DNA from: Acutalibacteraceae bacterium
Lineage (GTDB): Bacteria; Bacillota; Clostridia; Oscillospirales; Acutalibacteraceae
Assembly: GCA_045649445.1 (NCBI GenBank)
Contig: JAZRPX010000190.1
Coordinates: forward strand, 1-24,558
DNA: 24,558 nucleotides
Direction: 5' to 3'
The position numbers and the translations under genes are program-made. The notes below the pieces were generated by a model. That model did not search any database and had not been told where the DNA came from. It was given only the letters and a program-made list of their open reading frames with translations. This document shows, piece after piece, positions 22,287 through 24,558 of this stretch; position 1 is the stretch's first letter; the number at the start of each line of letters is the position of its first letter.

Positions 22287-23656
22287 AGCAAATGAAACTT
22301 CGTGCTATAATTATGATTATTATTTCTGCTGCCTTTATTGGTGGCTTGGCTATTTTGTGTATGTTTTATGTGGTAGATGGCAACTCTTGGGCGCTTTACC
22401 CTGCAAACTCGCATATTTATAATAATGGTAATATTGTACAAGCCGGTACTATAACTGATAGAAACGATGTTATACTTGCCGAAACAAAAAACGGCGTAAG
22501 GCAGTTTAATTCTGATTATGCTATTAGAAAAGCAACCCTTCATGTTGTTGGTGATTTGGGTGGATATATAAAAACAGGGCTTCATTCTTCTTATATTGAT
22601 AAGTTAACGGGCTATAACAAAATAAATGGCGTTTATAGTTATTCAAAAGAAGGTAATGATATTGAAATAACGCTTGATTCGCGCGTTTGCACAACTGCGT
22701 TAGAAGCGCTCGGTAATCGTTCAGGTACTGTTGGCGTTTATAATTATAAAACAGGCGAGGTTATTTGTATGGTATCAACCCCTACTTATGACCCTAATGA
22801 TGAAGAAGATACAAAAAAAGCAAAAAACGGTGAATATAAAGGCGTTTATTTAAACAGATTTTTGTCAAGCACATTTACCCCTGGCTCTACTTTTAAAATT
22901 ATAACTGCTTCGGCGGCTATTGAAACTCTTCCTGATGCTTATACAAGAGAATACACATGTCAAAAAGGCGTTATGATAAATGGTGAATGGATTTCTTGCC
23001 TTGGTAATCACGGAACTTTAACGTTAAAAGATGCTTTGGCAAAATCCTGTAATGCGTATTTTTCTCAACTTTCGGCAGATTTAGGCGAAGAAGTTTTAAC
23101 AAAATATGCTGAAAAAGCGGGCTTTAATAAAAACTTTTCAATTGATGGTATAGATGCTAAAACATCATATTTCAATGTTAAAGGTGGCAGAGATATTGAC
23201 CTTGCTTGGGCAGGAATGGGGCAATATACCGATATGATGAATCCTTTGCAATATCTTACTCTTATGGGTGCGATTGCAAATGATGGTGTTGCGCAAAAGC
23301 CGTATATAATTGAATCTATTAAAACAAAAAGTGGCATTCCGCTTAAGTTTTCGCAAGGCGGTATGGGAAATAGAATGATGAGAAAAAATACTGCTAATCA
23401 AATGGTAGAGTTAATGCGAAACAATGTTAAAACAACTTATGGTGATTGGAATTTTAGCGGTCTTGAAGTTTGTGCGAAATCAGGTACTGCTGAAGTTAAA
23501 GACCAAAAGCCACACGCAGTTTTTGTTGGTTTTAATAATCAAGAAGAATTGCCACTTAGCTTTGTTGTTTTAGTTGAAAATGGTGGCTCGGGCGCGTCAG
23601 TTGCAGGGCCTGTTGCAAATAGAGTTTTACAAAAATGTAAAGAGGTGTTAAATTAA
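22283..23656 (+). CDS. Class B penicillin-binding protein (short, PbpA-like transpeptidase)
   Basis: N-terminal TM helix; SxxK (GSTFK), SxN (SCN), KSGT motifs; ATGA overlap with the SEDS gene. Confidence 0.92.
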   Translation: MKQMKLRAIIMIIISAAFIGGLAILCMFYVVDGNSWALYPANSHIYNNGNIVQAGTITDRNDVILAETKNGVRQFNSDYAIRKATLHVVGDLGGYIKTGLHSSYIDKLTGYNKINGVYSYSKEGNDIEITLDSRVCTTALEALGNRSGTVGVYNYKTGEVICMVSTPTYDPNDEEDTKKAKNGEYKGVYLNRFLSSTFTPGSTFKIITASAAIETLPDAYTREYTCQKGVMINGEWISCLGNHGTLTLKDALAKSCNAYFSQLSADLGEEVLTKYAEKAGFNKNFSIDGIDAKTSYFNVKGGRDIDLAWAGMGQYTDMMNPLQYLTLMGAIANDGVAQKPYIIESIKTKSGIPLKFSQGGMGNRMMRKNTANQMVELMRNNVKTTYGDWNFSGLEVCAKSGTAEVKDQKPHAVFVGFNNQEELPLSFVVLVENGGSGASVAGPVANRVLQKCKEVLN

Positions 23657-23866
23657 ATGGAACAAGCAAAAATTGATAGAATTAATTTTTTAGCAAGAAA
23701 ATCAAAAATTGAACCTTTAAGCGAAGAAGAATTAAAAGAACAAAAGAAACTTCGCGAAGAATATGTTGCTTTAGTTAAAAGAAACTTAACTGCTCAACTT
23801 GATAATACTTATATTGTTATGCCTGATGGTAGCAAAAGAAAAGTGCAGAAAAAAGATAAAAAATGA
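23657..23866 (+). CDS. DUF896 (UPF0291/YnzC-like) small protein
   Basis: KIDRINFLARKSK...LSEEELKEQKKLREEY pattern; ATG directly follows the PBP stop. Confidence 0.88.
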   Translation: MEQAKIDRINFLARKSKIEPLSEEELKEQKKLREEYVALVKRNLTAQLDNTYIVMPDGSKRKVQKKDKK

Positions 23867-23874
23867 TATTTTTA

Positions 23875-23902
23875 TTGACAAAAACTTCATTTATGATACA
23901 AT
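23875..23902 (+). promoter_or_regulatory. sigmaA-type promoter of the GH94-like gene
   Basis: TTGACA(23875-23880), 16 nt, TACAAT(23897-23902) with extended TG; RBS GGAGG 23922-23926. Confidence 0.75.
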
Positions 23903-23931
23903 TAAAAAAACAATGATTTTTGGAGGAAATT

Positions 23932-24558
23932 ATGGCAAAGTTTGGACATTTTAAAGATGGTAATAGCTATGTTATTACTGATAAACAACCTGCAAGACCA
24001 CTTCTTAACTACATTTGGAACCCAAGGGTTTTAGCAGGTGTAAACCATTTAGGTGGCGGTATTGGTGCGTATGGTGTGCGTGCGCTTTCTTATATTGACC
24101 CAACAGGAAAAGGAAGATGCTCTGTTATTCGTGATGGTAACAGATATTTCTATGTTAAAGATAAAAAGAACGGTAAGGTTTTCAATCCTGGTTGGTATCC
24201 AACTAAAACCGATGTAGAAGATTATTCTTGTACTCACGGTCTTGGTTATTCTAATATCACATCAACTTGTGATGGAGTTTGCGCAAGTGCTAAAATCTTT
24301 GTTAATGAAGAAGACCCTTGCGAAATTTGGACAGTAACTGTGCAGAATAAATCAGATGAAGAAAAAGAGATTTCTGTTTATTCTTTTGCAGAATTCCAAC
24401 TTGAAGGTTATCAAAGATATTCTGATTATAACTCTTATGTTCACGGCGAGTTTGATGAAGAAACTAATTCAATCGTTTGCTTTAATCTCGCTATGGAGCG
24501 TCCACACGAATGGTTCAATGGCTTTATGTCATCAGATTTAAAACCTGTTGCTTTTGAT
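23932..24558 (+). CDS. GH94-like glycoside phosphorylase, N-terminal 209 codons (runs off the window)
   Basis: Hand translation MAKFGHFKDGNSYVIT...PLLNYIWN...RYFYVKD...FNPGWYP.....YSCTHGLGYS...VTVQN......SVYSFAEF resembles cellobiose-phosphorylase N-termini; no stop before the window end. Confidence 0.82.
   Translation, partial: MAKFGHFKDGNSYVITDKQPARPLLNYIWNPRVLAGVNHLGGGIGAYGVRALSYIDPTGKGRCSVIRDGNRYFYVKDKKNGKVFNPGWYPTKTDVEDYSCTHGLGYSNITSTCDGVCASAKIFVNEEDPCEIWTVTVQNKSDEEKEISVYSFAEFQLEGYQRYSDYNSYVHGEFDEETNSIVCFNLAMERPHEWFNGFMSSDLKPVAFD

Overview
Chromosomal window from an AT-rich, Clostridia-like (Bacillota) bacterium; the taxonomy is inferred from sigmaA-type promoters, GGAG ribosome-binding sites and gene content. 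Left to right: 5'-truncated [FeFe]-hydrogenase catalytic subunit, NSS-family transporter, a DUF1836 gene divergent from hemolysin-III/DegV, a CorC/HlyC protein, a secreted BspA-type LRR protein with three 123-bp tandem repeats, a small XRE regulator, an aminotransferase-trpS-ymdB operon, a DUF6809-like small protein, an AraC-divergent five-gene sugar/sugar-acid catabolic operon (GH39-like, SDR, dehydratase, KDPG-type aldolase, MBL hydrolase; no kinase), an S1-domain protein, FHA-SEDS fusion + class B PBP + DUF896, and a GH94-like gene running off the right edge (missed by the ORF track). The most notable non-coding signal is a ~160-nt structured RNA present in two diverged copies (9476-9670 and 13516-13711, both minus strand). 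Each copy has its own sigmaA promoter, a four-helix rod with compensatory base changes, a conserved alternative pairing and an intrinsic terminator, yet the copies sit before unrelated genes. Copy 1 lies downstream of an XRE operator/promoter switch and an unannotated 40-codon ORF. All calls are by eye; no database search or folding program was run.
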